Source: Promethearchaeota archaeon
GTDB lineage: Archaea; Asgardarchaeota; Lokiarchaeia; Sigyniarchaeales; SOKP01
Reading direction: 5' to 3'
NCBI GenBank assembly: GCA_016839705.1
Contig: JAEOTR010000044.1
Coordinates: forward strand, 33,874-97,873
DNA length: 64,000 nucleotides
The stretch's first letter is position 1. The number at the start of each line of letters is the position of its first letter. Shown piece by piece: positions 49,478 to 60,697 of this stretch. Position numbers and translations under genes: made by a program. The notes beneath the pieces are model-generated. The model searched no databases. It worked only from the letters and a program-made list of their open reading frames with translations, and was not told where the DNA came from.

Positions 49478-50764
49478 TTAGGCATCAAGATTTTCAATTA
49501 AGGTTGCGATACCTTGACCGCCGCCGACACATGCGTTCGCAATACCATATTTAGCTTTTTTATCTTTTAATATTCGAGCAAGCGTTCCGGGGAGTCTTAC
49601 CATTGTAGCACCTAAAGGATGACCAATCGCAGAAGCCCCTCCCATAACATTAACTTTTTCTTCAGAAATATTAAAGTGTTTCATACAGTTTAAAGTAACA
49701 ATACAGAATGCTTCATTAATTTCCCAGTAATCAATATCATCAGCAGTTAAACCTGCATGTTTTAAAGCCATCTCAGAAGCAGGTACAGGACCACGTCCCA
49801 TAACTGTTGGATCTACTCCTGCATACCCAATAGAAACAATTCTTGCCATAGGTTCAAGACCTCTCTTTTTTGCTTCCTCAGCCTCCATTAATACGCATGC
49901 TGTTGCACCAGCATTTAATGGTGAGGAATTTCCTGCGGTAATAACTCCTTCTAAAGTGCCTTCTCTCTTTTCATAGCCATCCTTTCCACCATTCTTTTCT
50001 AAATAAAATGCTCTTGATAATCTGCGTAAACCACCTACTCCTTCTAAAGTAGATTTTCTCGCGGCCATATCCCTATCAACCATCATCTTTTCTTCGACAT
50101 TTCCTTCAACATGACCTTCGATAGGAATAATTTCACCATTAAACCATCCCTTTTCAGTATTATCTACAGTTAAATTGTGAGAACGTGCCCCAAGTTTGTC
50201 TAGATCCTCTTTTGTAAAATTAGGTATTTCTTGTTCATAAAGCTTCTGTGCGGTTTGAATCATATTACTTGTAACCATAAAATCGTGTTTTGGTCGATAC
50301 CATTCGCTGTTTTTATCTATCATTTTTAAATTTGGTGTGATTTTGTCATTCTGCATACCTACTCTCGTCATATGCTCCATACCTGTTGATAATACACATT
50401 TGCTAAATCCTGTCATAATCTCCATTATACCAACGTGCATCCCTGCACCAGCGCTCCCACACTGCTTATCAATAAACATCGCTGAAGTTTTAAAAGGAAA
50501 GTCAGCTAAAAATGCAGCAACTCTTCCACCATATTCCCAATTCTCCCCAACACCCATCGCAGAGCCAACTGTTAATTCATCAATATCTTCTTTTGTAATC
50601 CCTTTATCTGCAAGTTTGTGATCGAAGAATTTCATTAATAACGTAGCGAGTAGCTCATCTCCTCGGATCTCACCAAATACATCTCTTTCAGGTTGTCGTG
50701 GTCTGGATCGTGAAAATGCTGTTCGAGCATAATCTATCATCCATACTTCTTTTAAACTTTTCAT
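49478..50764 (-). CDS. Acetyl-CoA C-acyltransferase (thiolase)
   Basis: DKQCGSA, TAGNSSPLNAGA, EINEAF, GHPLGAT, ACVGGGQG. Confidence 0.95.
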   Translation of the reverse strand: MKSLKEVWMIDYARTAFSRSRPRQPERDVFGEIRGDELLATLLMKFFDHKLADKGITKEDIDELTVGSAMGVGENWEYGGRVAAFLADFPFKTSAMFIDKQCGSAGAGMHVGIMEIMTGFSKCVLSTGMEHMTRVGMQNDKITPNLKMIDKNSEWYRPKHDFMVTSNMIQTAQKLYEQEIPNFTKEDLDKLGARSHNLTVDNTEKGWFNGEIIPIEGHVEGNVEEKMMVDRDMAARKSTLEGVGGLRRLSRAFYLEKNGGKDGYEKREGTLEGVITAGNSSPLNAGATACVLMEAEEAKKRGLEPMARIVSIGYAGVDPTVMGRGPVPASEMALKHAGLTADDIDYWEINEAFCIVTLNCMKHFNISEEKVNVMGGASAIGHPLGATMVRLPGTLARILKDKKAKYGIANACVGGGQGIATLIENLDA

Positions 50765-50972
50765 TTTTATCCCTTTATAATTTAGAAATTTTATATATCC
50801 TTTTTTAAGTATAAATTTTTGATATTATTTGATGGAAGTTAAAAAAAATATTAAACTTTTTGATAAAGGAAGAGATTTTTTTCATATGTGAAATTTTTCT
50901 TTTCGAAAATTTTACGACAGCTATTAAGTTACTATTAGAATTATTTTTATTCATAGGAATTTTAGTTAAAAT

Positions 50973-51392
50973 ATGCCTAAACCAAACGTGGACAGTGATG
51001 AAAAATCTCTAATATCAATAATCGCTGGAAGCACTTCAGACAAAGTAGTATACAAGAAAACTGAAGAGATTTTAAATGAAAATAACATTAAATATGATCT
51101 TCAAATACTCTCGGCACATCGAAATCCAAAAGAATTGGATGAATATATTGATAATTGCGACTCTTTAATTTATATTGCTGTTGCAGGACTGTCTGCTGCT
51201 TTGCCAGGTGTTATTGCTTCAAAAACAGATAAACCAGTTATTGGCGTTCCCGTAAGTGCTAAGCTAGGAGGCCTAGATGCATTATTATCAATTGTACAAA
51301 TGCCTCCTGGAGTTCCTGTCGCTAGTGTCGGCATAGATAGGGGTGAAAACGCAGCATATTTGGCTATCAGAATACTGAATTTAATGAAATAA
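50973..51392 (+). CDS. purE: N5-CAIR mutase / AIR carboxylase
   Basis: [44 protein letters not shown]. Confidence 0.96.
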   Translation: MPKPNVDSDEKSLISIIAGSTSDKVVYKKTEEILNENNIKYDLQILSAHRNPKELDEYIDNCDSLIYIAVAGLSAALPGVIASKTDKPVIGVPVSAKLGGLDALLSIVQMPPGVPVASVGIDRGENAAYLAIRILNLMK

Positions 51393-51413
51393 TATAATAA
51401 ACTAGGAATATTT

Positions 51414-52136
51414 ATGAGTGAAAATCTGATTGAGGAAGGAAAAAAAAATGCGGCATACAAAGCTGTTGAAGAAAATGTTAAAATGGGTATGGTCTTAGGA
51501 ATAGGGAGTGGTTCTACAGTAATTTATGCTGTAGAAAGAATAGCTGAACTAAATAAAAAACAAAATCTAAAATTAAAATGTATACCCACTTCTTTTCAAT
51601 CATATCAACTTATAGTTGAGAATGATTTGACATTAGTTTCCCTAGATCAATATCCAGAATTAGATCTTGATATTGATGGGGCAGATGAAATAGATAAAAA
51701 TTTAAATTTGATTAAGGGTGGTGGAGGATGTATGGTTCAAGAGAAAATTATTGCTTCAAATTCCAAAGAGTTCGTTATTGTCGCAGATTTTAGAAAGAAT
51801 TCAGATGTCTTAGGTGTAAGTTGGAAAAAGGGAGTTCCAATTGAAGTTATACCGATTTCTTACGTTCCAATAATGAAAAAATTAGAAAAATTAGGTGGAA
51901 CTCCAGTACTCCGAATGGCTCAAGCAAAAGCTGGTCCATTAGTTTCTGATAATGGCAATTTCATTATTGATGTAGATTTCGGGGAAATAAAGGATCCATC
52001 TGGATTAAACTTGAAGATCTTAACTATTCCAGGAGTCGTTGATACAGGATTATTTGTTGATATGACTTCTAAAGCATATATAGGATTAGAAGATGGAAAT
52101 GTGAGAACTCTTACAAAAAAAAGATTTAGGCTGTGA
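51414..52136 (+). CDS. rpiA: Ribose-5-phosphate isomerase A
   Basis: GIGSGST, DGADEID, IKGGGG..EKI, DNGN, IPGVVDTGLF. Confidence 0.97.
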   Translation: MSENLIEEGKKNAAYKAVEENVKMGMVLGIGSGSTVIYAVERIAELNKKQNLKLKCIPTSFQSYQLIVENDLTLVSLDQYPELDLDIDGADEIDKNLNLIKGGGGCMVQEKIIASNSKEFVIVADFRKNSDVLGVSWKKGVPIEVIPISYVPIMKKLEKLGGTPVLRMAQAKAGPLVSDNGNFIIDVDFGEIKDPSGLNLKILTIPGVVDTGLFVDMTSKAYIGLEDGNVRTLTKKRFRL

Positions 52137-52148
52137 AGATAAATAACT

Positions 52149-55100
52149 CTATTCTTCGTGATTAAACATAATAGATTCCCCACAACTTGGACAAAATTTC
52201 TTAGGTGCCCTTATAAGAAATCCACAGAAAGGACAGTATATTGATGTACCTGATGGATCTAATGGTTCAGGTGTTAAGTATTCTTCTTCTTGGGAGTCAT
52301 AAGAGGATTCATAATAATAATCTTGATATTCTGGTTGAGTGAGTGTAAGTCTGGGAGATCTCTTCCGTCTTTTATAATAAAGTAACGTACTTACAATTCC
52401 AACAACAGCAACTATCCCTATTATCACAAATATAATCAAAGAAAAATCAAAAGAATTCCCTCTGATATGCAATACAATAATAAAATCATCCCAACCTCCT
52501 TCACTATCATATACAGTAATGAGTAAAACCCCTAAATATCCTTGATTAGTTATAAAATCAAAACCTGCAGCTGTAGGTACTGTTTTAGTACCTTCTAATG
52601 TATTGTAATCAAATGAATTTGGTACCGTGAAGAATCCCTCATATCGTTCTGAAAGAATTTGATAGCTCAATTCAGCAACTTCAATTGTTCTTGGAATAAT
52701 GAAGATCAGAAACCCATCATCTGTAACTGAAGCCATAAACATGTTAACAAACACTCTCATATTAGATTTGCTATCCTCATAGTTTACTGAATCTTGTACA
52801 TCTATTAAAAAGTTAAAAGTGGAGCCTTGAGTGGTGGTATATGCCAATGATCCTTCATCACTTTCAGTTTCCTCAAAGGCAATATCAAAATTGCCCCCAA
52901 AACTGAAAAATGAACTCTCTTCTAATATCTCGGGAGGATTATTTTCTATTTGGAATGTGTGTCTTGGTGAATGTGGGTTAGTATAATTGTCATTTGAAGG
53001 TATAATATAAAATATAGCATAACCGGAGGGATCATTGGTTTGTGGATCAAATGTGTTTTTATACTCATTTAAGGTATCATAACTGAAGTTTAGAGTTTTA
53101 TTTACAGATTTCTCTGAATTAAAGAAAGAAAATGAATAGATTGAAAGAAATGCATCAATACTATCATTGGTTGGTTTATCAATATTAGCAATTAAATCAA
53201 CAGTCTCGGTGTTAGCTCTTGTAATAGATAATTTGCTGGATGTTATGTTATTAATTATTGGAACTTTTGAATTGTTATAATACAACAATTTTGAGGTTTT
53301 AATATATGAATTGGATCCAATGGTTAAATTTACTGTAAACGAATATGGGATATTGTTTGGATTGGGTAAATTATAACTATAGTTAAAGTAAATCCCATTA
53401 TTTGAGAGAGTGTCATTGATGATAATTACATCTGCAAAAGCTTCATTTTCAATTTTAATATCTAAAGTGTCATAACTAGTTATTGGAGTTTCAGAAACTT
53501 TATCTTTGATAAAAATTGTGAGATTGATTTGAGAATTTGAAGTGCGTTCTAACCCAAGATCTATATTAATTGATACATCCTCTTCAGGTAAGAGATATTC
53601 TAAACTATTTTTCAATAAGTTAAAATGATCCTGAGAAAAACTCAAAGATGTGTATGAATTATATGCCCAGTGAAAATCTCCAAAAGCTAGAACGTTTCCC
53701 TTTCCTAGTTGAGTTCCGTTATGCATGGCCACAACCGTTTTCCCATTTTTAGATGCAATTGATTCTGAATTATTTGAGACGGTAAAAGTATTCCCGTAAA
53801 GCCACTGAAATTTGCCTACATTGTTGAAAATTGAGATATTATTAAAATCTGTAATACTTTGGGAACTAACAATTGTGCTCCATCCCAACCAATTATCATT
53901 CATTAGGTTTTCTTCATTAATTTGGATGTCAACTTCTAAATGTGTAAATAATTGATTGATATTATCAATCACCATATCTTGATATCGAGTACCAAAGAAT
54001 AGCAAATTTCCGCCACTATCAAAATAATCTTTCAAGCTGTTTATTTCCAATGGGCTATAGGGTAGTATAGGAGTCTGTAACAAAATTAAATCATATTGTG
54101 CTAATCTTTCCTCCGTTAATATCGAATTGTCCGTATCTTTATTATAATCTGGTGTCCAATTCTCCATATCGTAATCAATTGATATATTCAAATCATAGAT
54201 GTCACTCATAGCTTCATAAAAGCCCATTTGGTTAAAAGAGACTTCAGGAAACCAATCATTTAACCCATGAAAAGAATCCATTAATATACGATATTCAGGT
54301 AAAGCAAGATCTAAATGGATATTAACCGTATCATATATTTTCCCCCCAATGGTTAGGTTAAGCTGAATATCCCTCGTACCAGAGATTGCATCTTTCTGAA
54401 CTTCAATATCTAATTCTATAAAACCTATCCCCGATTCAGAAAATACTATTGATGATTTATCTAACTTAAGAGATATTTCTTGAGAATTGTTCGGTATATT
54501 AATATCATAGGTATTTGCCATACCAGAAATAACTGTTAAATTAAATTTTTGACGATCTCCTGGAAAACGAATTAAATCATAAGGTTTTACAGGCAAAGTA
54601 TCAGGAAATATTTTTGCTGTATCATTATAATCAGGTGATAGGTTATTTAAATAATCTAACGAAGCCGAAACATTGATCAATCCCGCCCCAGACTTGAGAA
54701 TATCACCCTCATTCTCATCTAAAAGTTTTCTGGTACCTTCTAAAAGAGCTATTCTGGCAGTTTCAGGCGTTAAATAAGGATAAGCCTCTTTTAAAATTGC
54801 TAAAGCGCCTGATACTATAGGAGTGGACATACTTGTCCCACTTAAAGGGATATAATCGGCATCACCCGAAAAATCGAAATAATTTCCCACTAACCTCTCT
54901 TCTTTAGAGATGGATGAATCTTTTGCTTCTGTTGAAATTATATTCACCCCCGGAGCAACTACATCAGGATAGCCTAAATATCCAAAAGTTGGGCCCCAAC
55001 TACTAAACGAAGCTAAATTGTTATTACTATCACTTGCCCCCACCGAGATTACATCAATCCCAGACGCAGGCGTAGAGCCTGTGAAATAATCTGGTCCATC

Positions 55101-56135
55101 ATTTCCTGCTGCTGCTACAAAAATAACACCATAGGTATCTTTTGCATTTGATATCGCATCAGTTATTAAATCACTTATATATGGAAACCCTCCACCGAAA
55201 CTCATTGAAACAATATCTGCCCCAGCGGTTATAGAACTCCATTCAATAGCGCTAATAATATCAACATCTTCCAAACCACTGGCATTTCCAGCCCTTGCAT
55301 TAATTAAAGAAACACCTGGAGCAATACCTCGATATTTTCCATCAGAGCCTGTTCCATCCCCTCCAATTATTCCTGCAACGTGAGTTCCATGTCCTACATC
55401 ATCATTATAATCCATTGCAGTTTCATTTTCATATATAACGAAATTTTGGTTTTCTATAACGTTTAATGCAGGGTGATCGTAAATACCTGTATCTATAACA
55501 GCAACTTTTACACCTGATCCATCATAAGGTAAACTTTCTGCTCCCACTGCCGCTAACCACCAATTTGAATAAGAATCTATGTTTAAAGCATTCAGTTGGA
55601 GTGAATCATCGATAATATAAGGACTTTCGAAAACTTCTGATTTGTAAATTTTTTTAATTTCTTGTATTCCCTCCAAAATATCTTGTTTCAGAATCAATTC
55701 TGCGGGAGATATTGTAATGTAAGTTCCAGAAATAATATCATAATTGTCAATAATTTTGTAGTTTTCAAACATCGAGCTTATAATCTCAATTCTCTTTTCT
55801 TTATTTATATCTTCTTCGAAAAGTAGGATAACTTTCATATAATCTTGGTCATTATTGGATAGATTGTCTAATTTTTGTAGAGAGTTTCTAAGATTATCAT
55901 TAAAAACAGACTTAGAATTATCGGTTAAAGAATTTGATTTATATTGGTCTGAATTTGCTTCATTAGGAAGAAAATGATTTGAATAATCAATTTTGTTAAC
56001 ATCCAATTGATTCATTCTTGAAAAATTTGTATTTATTTCACCCAATCCTAAAAGTGGGAAAAATTGAAACGATATAAAAGCAACAACAATAATTAGAAAA
56101 AAGAGATTCTTTCTAGATTTTCTCATAGATAACAC
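52149..56135 (-). CDS. Membrane-anchored S8 subtilase with GIFT/GATase-like domain, C-terminal TM and cytoplasmic zinc ribbon
   Basis: Signal/TM at the N-terminus. Triad VIDTG, GHGTHVAG, GTSMSTP and oxyanion AAGNDG. RILMDSFHG..EINSLKDYFDSGGNLLFFG..VLAFGD. TM LIIFVIIGIVAVVGIVSTLLYY-KRRKR. CPFC..CPSC. Confidence 0.9.
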   Translation of the reverse strand: MLSMRKSRKNLFFLIIVVAFISFQFFPLLGLGEINTNFSRMNQLDVNKIDYSNHFLPNEANSDQYKSNSLTDNSKSVFNDNLRNSLQKLDNLSNNDQDYMKVILLFEEDINKEKRIEIISSMFENYKIIDNYDIISGTYITISPAELILKQDILEGIQEIKKIYKSEVFESPYIIDDSLQLNALNIDSYSNWWLAAVGAESLPYDGSGVKVAVIDTGIYDHPALNVIENQNFVIYENETAMDYNDDVGHGTHVAGIIGGDGTGSDGKYRGIAPGVSLINARAGNASGLEDVDIISAIEWSSITAGADIVSMSFGGGFPYISDLITDAISNAKDTYGVIFVAAAGNDGPDYFTGSTPASGIDVISVGASDSNNNLASFSSWGPTFGYLGYPDVVAPGVNIISTEAKDSSISKEERLVGNYFDFSGDADYIPLSGTSMSTPIVSGALAILKEAYPYLTPETARIALLEGTRKLLDENEGDILKSGAGLINVSASLDYLNNLSPDYNDTAKIFPDTLPVKPYDLIRFPGDRQKFNLTVISGMANTYDINIPNNSQEISLKLDKSSIVFSESGIGFIELDIEVQKDAISGTRDIQLNLTIGGKIYDTVNIHLDLALPEYRILMDSFHGLNDWFPEVSFNQMGFYEAMSDIYDLNISIDYDMENWTPDYNKDTDNSILTEERLAQYDLILLQTPILPYSPLEINSLKDYFDSGGNLLFFGTRYQDMVIDNINQLFTHLEVDIQINEENLMNDNWLGWSTIVSSQSITDFNNISIFNNVGKFQWLYGNTFTVSNNSESIASKNGKTVVAMHNGTQLGKGNVLAFGDFHWAYNSYTSLSFSQDHFNLLKNSLEYLLPEEDVSINIDLGLERTSNSQINLTIFIKDKVSETPITSYDTLDIKIENEAFADVIIINDTLSNNGIYFNYSYNLPNPNNIPYSFTVNLTIGSNSYIKTSKLLYYNNSKVPIINNITSSKLSITRANTETVDLIANIDKPTNDSIDAFLSIYSFSFFNSEKSVNKTLNFSYDTLNEYKNTFDPQTNDPSGYAIFYIIPSNDNYTNPHSPRHTFQIENNPPEILEESSFFSFGGNFDIAFEETESDEGSLAYTTTQGSTFNFLIDVQDSVNYEDSKSNMRVFVNMFMASVTDDGFLIFIIPRTIEVAELSYQILSERYEGFFTVPNSFDYNTLEGTKTVPTAAGFDFITNQGYLGVLLITVYDSEGGWDDFIIVLHIRGNSFDFSLIIFVIIGIVAVVGIVSTLLYYKRRKRSPRLTLTQPEYQDYYYESSYDSQEEEYLTPEPLDPSGTSIYCPFCGFLIRAPKKFCPSCGESIMFNHEE

Positions 56136-56433
56136 AAAATAAAGTAGGTATTTAATATTTCTTTTAATAACCTAAAAAAGTAAAAGGTTAAAAAATTATA
56201 GATTCTACAAAACTAGAGTTATTCGTTTATGGTTTATTAATAACCTAAACAGTCGTAGAATTATCCAAAAGCATGTTCACTATTATAAGATAGACTTTTT
56301 GATTACTTGGACTATTCCACATTATTGAACAGGTTTAGAACATAGGAATGTTCATTCTCCATTTTCAAATTAAAGATAAAGGATTATGCTCAAAATTTTT
56401 ATAGAACAGTAATTTAAGTAAAATTGATTAAAT

Positions 56434-57603
56434 ATGTCAGAAATCAAAGAACAAAGTTTAGATCAAAAATTCAAAAAAGCAGCTGAAATTATAACAAGAG
56501 CAAAATCGGGCACGGAACTTCCAGAAGAATTAGTAGGAATAATAAAAATTGCTGTTGGGGAAGATAATGTCGATTTTTTAAGGGTATTTGAAGGAAAAAA
56601 TTCATACACAATGGAAGAGTTGAAAGAAGCCTTAAAAAATAAGGGTATTGAATTAACTGAAGAACAAATCCTGACTAAGGTTGAATCTCTCGCGAATAAT
56701 GGTGTAATGATGGATCAACCTGCAAGCAACGGAACAATGATTTACCGCATACTCCCTTATGGGAGAATATTTGATTATATTTTTATGAGAGATATTGATG
56801 TAGAGGATGAGAAAATAAAAGAACTAGCCAGATTGCAGCATATTTGGCATGAAAAAAGAAAAGAAAGAGTTCAAAAAAATTACGAGAAGGTTGAAAGCTC
56901 AATTGATAAAGTAATACCAATGGGTAGAATGGTAATAAGCAGCTACTCTAATCAGGCAACTGGTAATGAAATTGAGATCCTACTTGATAAAACAATAGAA
57001 GCACCCCAAGAGTTGATATTACCTACACAAACTGTTCAAGAAATTGTTGAAAAATATGATGAAATTGCGGTTGGTAACTGTTATTGCCGAAACCATAAAC
57101 TAGTCCTAGGAAATCCATGCAAACAAACTAAACTTCAAGATACTTGCTTTACTTTCGGAAAAAGTGCGCGACATACATCAAAGCATGGTTTTGCGAGACT
57201 TATTTCTAAAGAAGAAGCTTTAGATTTATTGGCAAAAATACGTGATGATGGATTAGTGCATAGAGCTATGCATTTATATGCAAATCCCCAACTTCGGGAA
57301 GATGCAATATGTAATTGTTGTAATGATTGTTGTCCTCTACAAGGAGGAAGTATGGTCTCACCGTCTGGTCATCACACAAATTATCTAGCACAGATTAATC
57401 CAGATTTATGTATCGGCTGTGGTATTTGTGTAGAAAAATGCGGTCAATTAATAATAGAACTTAATGATGATAACATTGCGGAAAGAGATGAAGAAAAATG
57501 CATAGGATGCGGAGTATGTGCATATTTATGCCCTGAGAATGCTATTTCTATGGTTAAAACACCATTAAGAATTGTACGATTGATGCCCCCTCGTCAAAAA
57601 TAA
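56434..57603 (+). CDS. 4Fe-4S dicluster protein with N-terminal winged-helix-like region
   Basis: CYCR, ICNCCNDCC, CIGCGICVEKC, CIGCGVCAYLCP. Confidence 0.88.
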   Translation: MSEIKEQSLDQKFKKAAEIITRAKSGTELPEELVGIIKIAVGEDNVDFLRVFEGKNSYTMEELKEALKNKGIELTEEQILTKVESLANNGVMMDQPASNGTMIYRILPYGRIFDYIFMRDIDVEDEKIKELARLQHIWHEKRKERVQKNYEKVESSIDKVIPMGRMVISSYSNQATGNEIEILLDKTIEAPQELILPTQTVQEIVEKYDEIAVGNCYCRNHKLVLGNPCKQTKLQDTCFTFGKSARHTSKHGFARLISKEEALDLLAKIRDDGLVHRAMHLYANPQLREDAICNCCNDCCPLQGGSMVSPSGHHTNYLAQINPDLCIGCGICVEKCGQLIIELNDDNIAERDEEKCIGCGVCAYLCPENAISMVKTPLRIVRLMPPRQK

Positions 57604-57636
57604 AAAAAATTTTCCTAATTTATCATTAAGGTAAAT

Positions 57637-58677
57637 ATGATGTCTGACAAAACTTATGCAGAATTAAGAGAATATATTGACAAAAACTCATTAGGTTTTC
57701 CCGAAACCTCATCTGGCGTTGAATTAAAAATATTGAAAAGACTTTTTTCAACTAAAGATGCGGAAATGATTTTAAAATTGAAGCCTTCTCAAGAAAGGGA
57801 AAGTGCAGATCAAATAGCTGAGCGATCTGGCTTAGATAAGAATGTAGTTGAGAAAGAATTGGAATCATTATCTAAAAAAGGATTACTCTTCCGCATCCGA
57901 CGAGATAACATAACCATCTACAATTTAGCACCTTTCATGATTGGATTTTATGAATATTCAGTTAATAAAATAGATGAAGATCTAGCTCAATTATATCGAG
58001 AATATTTTGAAACAAAATATATTTTTGAACTAGGAAAATATAATGTCCCTGGCTTCAAGGTTATCCCTATCGAAGAAACTATAGAAACTGATACAGTGCT
58101 TTTGCCTTATCAAAAACTTAAGCAAAGTGTAAGAGATGCTAGAATTATCTCTGTTACAGATTGCATTTGTAGAAAAGAGACTAAGCTTCTTAAAAGTAGT
58201 TGTAATAAGGAATATCCCATTGAAAACTGTCTAAGTTTTGGTGCAGCTGCCGAATATTATATTGAAAACGGGATTGGAAGAGAAATCACTGCTGATGAAG
58301 CAATAAAAATAATCGATGAAGCCGATGAAGCCGGATTAGTACACGCAGGAGCTAATAAATTACATTTATCTAATATTTGTAATTGTTGTCCCTGCTGTTG
58401 TGCTTCAATGAGAGGTATCACCCAATTCGGCCTTGATAAACATAAATACATGAATGCGATATTCGAATCAATTATTGATGAAGATCTATGTATTGCCTGT
58501 AATGCTTGCATTGATAGATGTCCTGTTGATGCAATTACTATGGAAGAAGATTTTGCTGTAGTTGATAGGAATAAGTGCCTTGGTTGTGGTTTATGTCATA
58601 GAACCTGTCCAGAAGAAGCAATAACTTTGCAATTAAGGGAAGATAGGATAGAACCATTCCCTAGTTTCAAAACCTAA
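57637..58677 (+). CDS. 4Fe-4S dicluster protein (tandem paralogue)
   Basis: CICR, GLVH..ICNCCPCCC, CIACNACIDRCP, CLGCGLCHRTCP. Confidence 0.9.
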   Translation: MMSDKTYAELREYIDKNSLGFPETSSGVELKILKRLFSTKDAEMILKLKPSQERESADQIAERSGLDKNVVEKELESLSKKGLLFRIRRDNITIYNLAPFMIGFYEYSVNKIDEDLAQLYREYFETKYIFELGKYNVPGFKVIPIEETIETDTVLLPYQKLKQSVRDARIISVTDCICRKETKLLKSSCNKEYPIENCLSFGAAAEYYIENGIGREITADEAIKIIDEADEAGLVHAGANKLHLSNICNCCPCCCASMRGITQFGLDKHKYMNAIFESIIDEDLCIACNACIDRCPVDAITMEEDFAVVDRNKCLGCGLCHRTCPEEAITLQLREDRIEPFPSFKT

Positions 58678-60605
58678 ACAAAAAATTGTAAATCTCTCAT
58701 ATAGTAATTGATAATCCACTGAAGTAAATCAACACCTTTATTTGGCGTCCAAGCTGTCCAGGAATCAGAAGGAACAAAACCATGATCAATCATTAAATCT
58801 GGAAATGGGCCAATATCATTCCCATTCCATTTTATGTTTGCGGTGATTATAGTTCTTCCATTAGGATCTTCGGTTTCAGGAATTTTTATAGTTATTGGGA
58901 ACTCTGTAAAAGTTTTTGGCTCAAGATTAAAGGATCCTTGTTTATAATCTGATTCCCATTTTTCTGGTAGATTTAATTCAATTTCTACTGTAGATTCTTT
59001 ATCAAGATAATTTCGTATTACTATATTCGTTTCAAATGTATTCCCTGGTTTGGAAATAATTCTAATTGGTTTAAAACTTATCCAGTTTGGATCAAATCCC
59101 ATATTAGGGTCATCTTGGGCTACAAGATCCTCAATAAGAGACTTATATTTCGAAACGTGGTCTTTATAGTTTTGTAGCATTTGTTCATTTACTTTAAAAA
59201 AACCCATATGACTTGACGCGAGATAATCAGGCTTACATTTTAACAAGATATCAGCGCATTTAACAGAGCCTACGTTATCACCTAGCTGACAAAAATTAAT
59301 ACAATTGTTATTTGTTTCAGGTACATTTAGTAAATATGGTTGCATACTATCACCTACGAAAAATACACTCTTTTCATCAATTTCCGTAAATAAACCCATG
59401 TGATATTCAGTTTGACCAGGGAAATGGAATATTTGAAATTTGTAATCATCCCAAGTAAAAGTTTCGCCATCTTTTAACACTCTATCCACTTTTATTGGTG
59501 TGTCTATTAAACATCCAATTCTATAGTGAGTTGGATTTTCCATAACATCCACTAAATTTTCGAGGGCATAAACCGGTATATTATATTCTTGCTGCAAAAG
59601 AGGAATCCCACCAATATGATCATCATGATAATGAGTCGGAATTACAAAATCAATTGATTTTACACCTTTTTCTTTCAGAATTGCACTGATTTGCTCATAA
59701 TTATACGAAAAAAACTTACCATCTCCAGGAAAATCAATAAGAATACAATTTTGGTTATTTCCTAATAGAATGAAAGTAGTTCCAAAACCTTTGCGGATAA
59801 TATGCGGAAATATGCTTTTATCCTCATTTTTTTCAAGTTGTTCGACAATATCCATGGCATTACTCATATCTGAATGTATTATCTTGTCATGACGGAATGC
59901 TTTCCTAACACGTTTGAATTTTTCTTTCAAAATTTCAATATCATTAATCGGTTCCTCAATTATTTCCCCATGAGAAGGTAATAACACAGTAGGATTATAT
60001 TTGAGTAATTCCTCAAAAGAATTTAATAAAAATCCCATGCCCATGTCACCCCCATCATCGGTATAGCTATATTCTAAATCATAATAATTAACGATTTTCC
60101 CTCCAGAATGAATTAAATCTCCTGTAAATGCTAAAACTCCCGTTTCATGCTCTAGTAAATAACTTACACTTCTTGCTGTGTGACCTCGAGTCTCAATAAT
60201 TTTGAATTTATAAGGTCCCCACTCAAAGCTTTCTTTATCCTTAAAAGTTCGATCTAAAGGTATATTGTAAGTAGAAACGAAATACGTTGGTTTCAGAGAA
60301 TAAATATCATAATACGATTTTTTTTTCCAAAATTCCTCAGCTTCTGTGAATAACTTTCTCTCTCTCCTTGGAGCTGCAATCTTTATCCCTCGTTCTAAGG
60401 CGATATTATCTTCGAAACACTGATCTCGATGATAATGAGTATGAAATATATAGTCAATCTTCTCTACTCCCACTTCTGAAAGATGATCTAAGATTTTACC
60501 TGACCCAAAATCAATCAGGATTGCCTTAGTACCGTCTTTTATTACATAAACATTAACATAATCCTCAAACAAAAAGATATTCTCGAATAACTGTCTTAGT
60601 TCCAT
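58674..60605 (-). CDS. Tandem metallo-beta-lactamase-fold hydrolase with C-terminal Ig-like domain
   Basis: HTHYHRDQ..GHT..TGD..PSHG, then THYHDDHIGG..PGQT..VGD..SSH, with a beta-sandwich tail. Confidence 0.88.
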   Translation of the reverse strand: MELRQLFENIFLFEDYVNVYVIKDGTKAILIDFGSGKILDHLSEVGVEKIDYIFHTHYHRDQCFEDNIALERGIKIAAPRRERKLFTEAEEFWKKKSYYDIYSLKPTYFVSTYNIPLDRTFKDKESFEWGPYKFKIIETRGHTARSVSYLLEHETGVLAFTGDLIHSGGKIVNYYDLEYSYTDDGGDMGMGFLLNSFEELLKYNPTVLLPSHGEIIEEPINDIEILKEKFKRVRKAFRHDKIIHSDMSNAMDIVEQLEKNEDKSIFPHIIRKGFGTTFILLGNNQNCILIDFPGDGKFFSYNYEQISAILKEKGVKSIDFVIPTHYHDDHIGGIPLLQQEYNIPVYALENLVDVMENPTHYRIGCLIDTPIKVDRVLKDGETFTWDDYKFQIFHFPGQTEYHMGLFTEIDEKSVFFVGDSMQPYLLNVPETNNNCINFCQLGDNVGSVKCADILLKCKPDYLASSHMGFFKVNEQMLQNYKDHVSKYKSLIEDLVAQDDPNMGFDPNWISFKPIRIISKPGNTFETNIVIRNYLDKESTVEIELNLPEKWESDYKQGSFNLEPKTFTEFPITIKIPETEDPNGRTIITANIKWNGNDIGPFPDLMIDHGFVPSDSWTAWTPNKGVDLLQWIINYYMRDLQFFV

Positions 60606-60697
60606 TGATTTTGTTCCTCAAAAATTTGTATTAATATATATGCTATGTAATTTGATACGTTTTAATATTAACTATTACGATTTACTATTCGATATAG

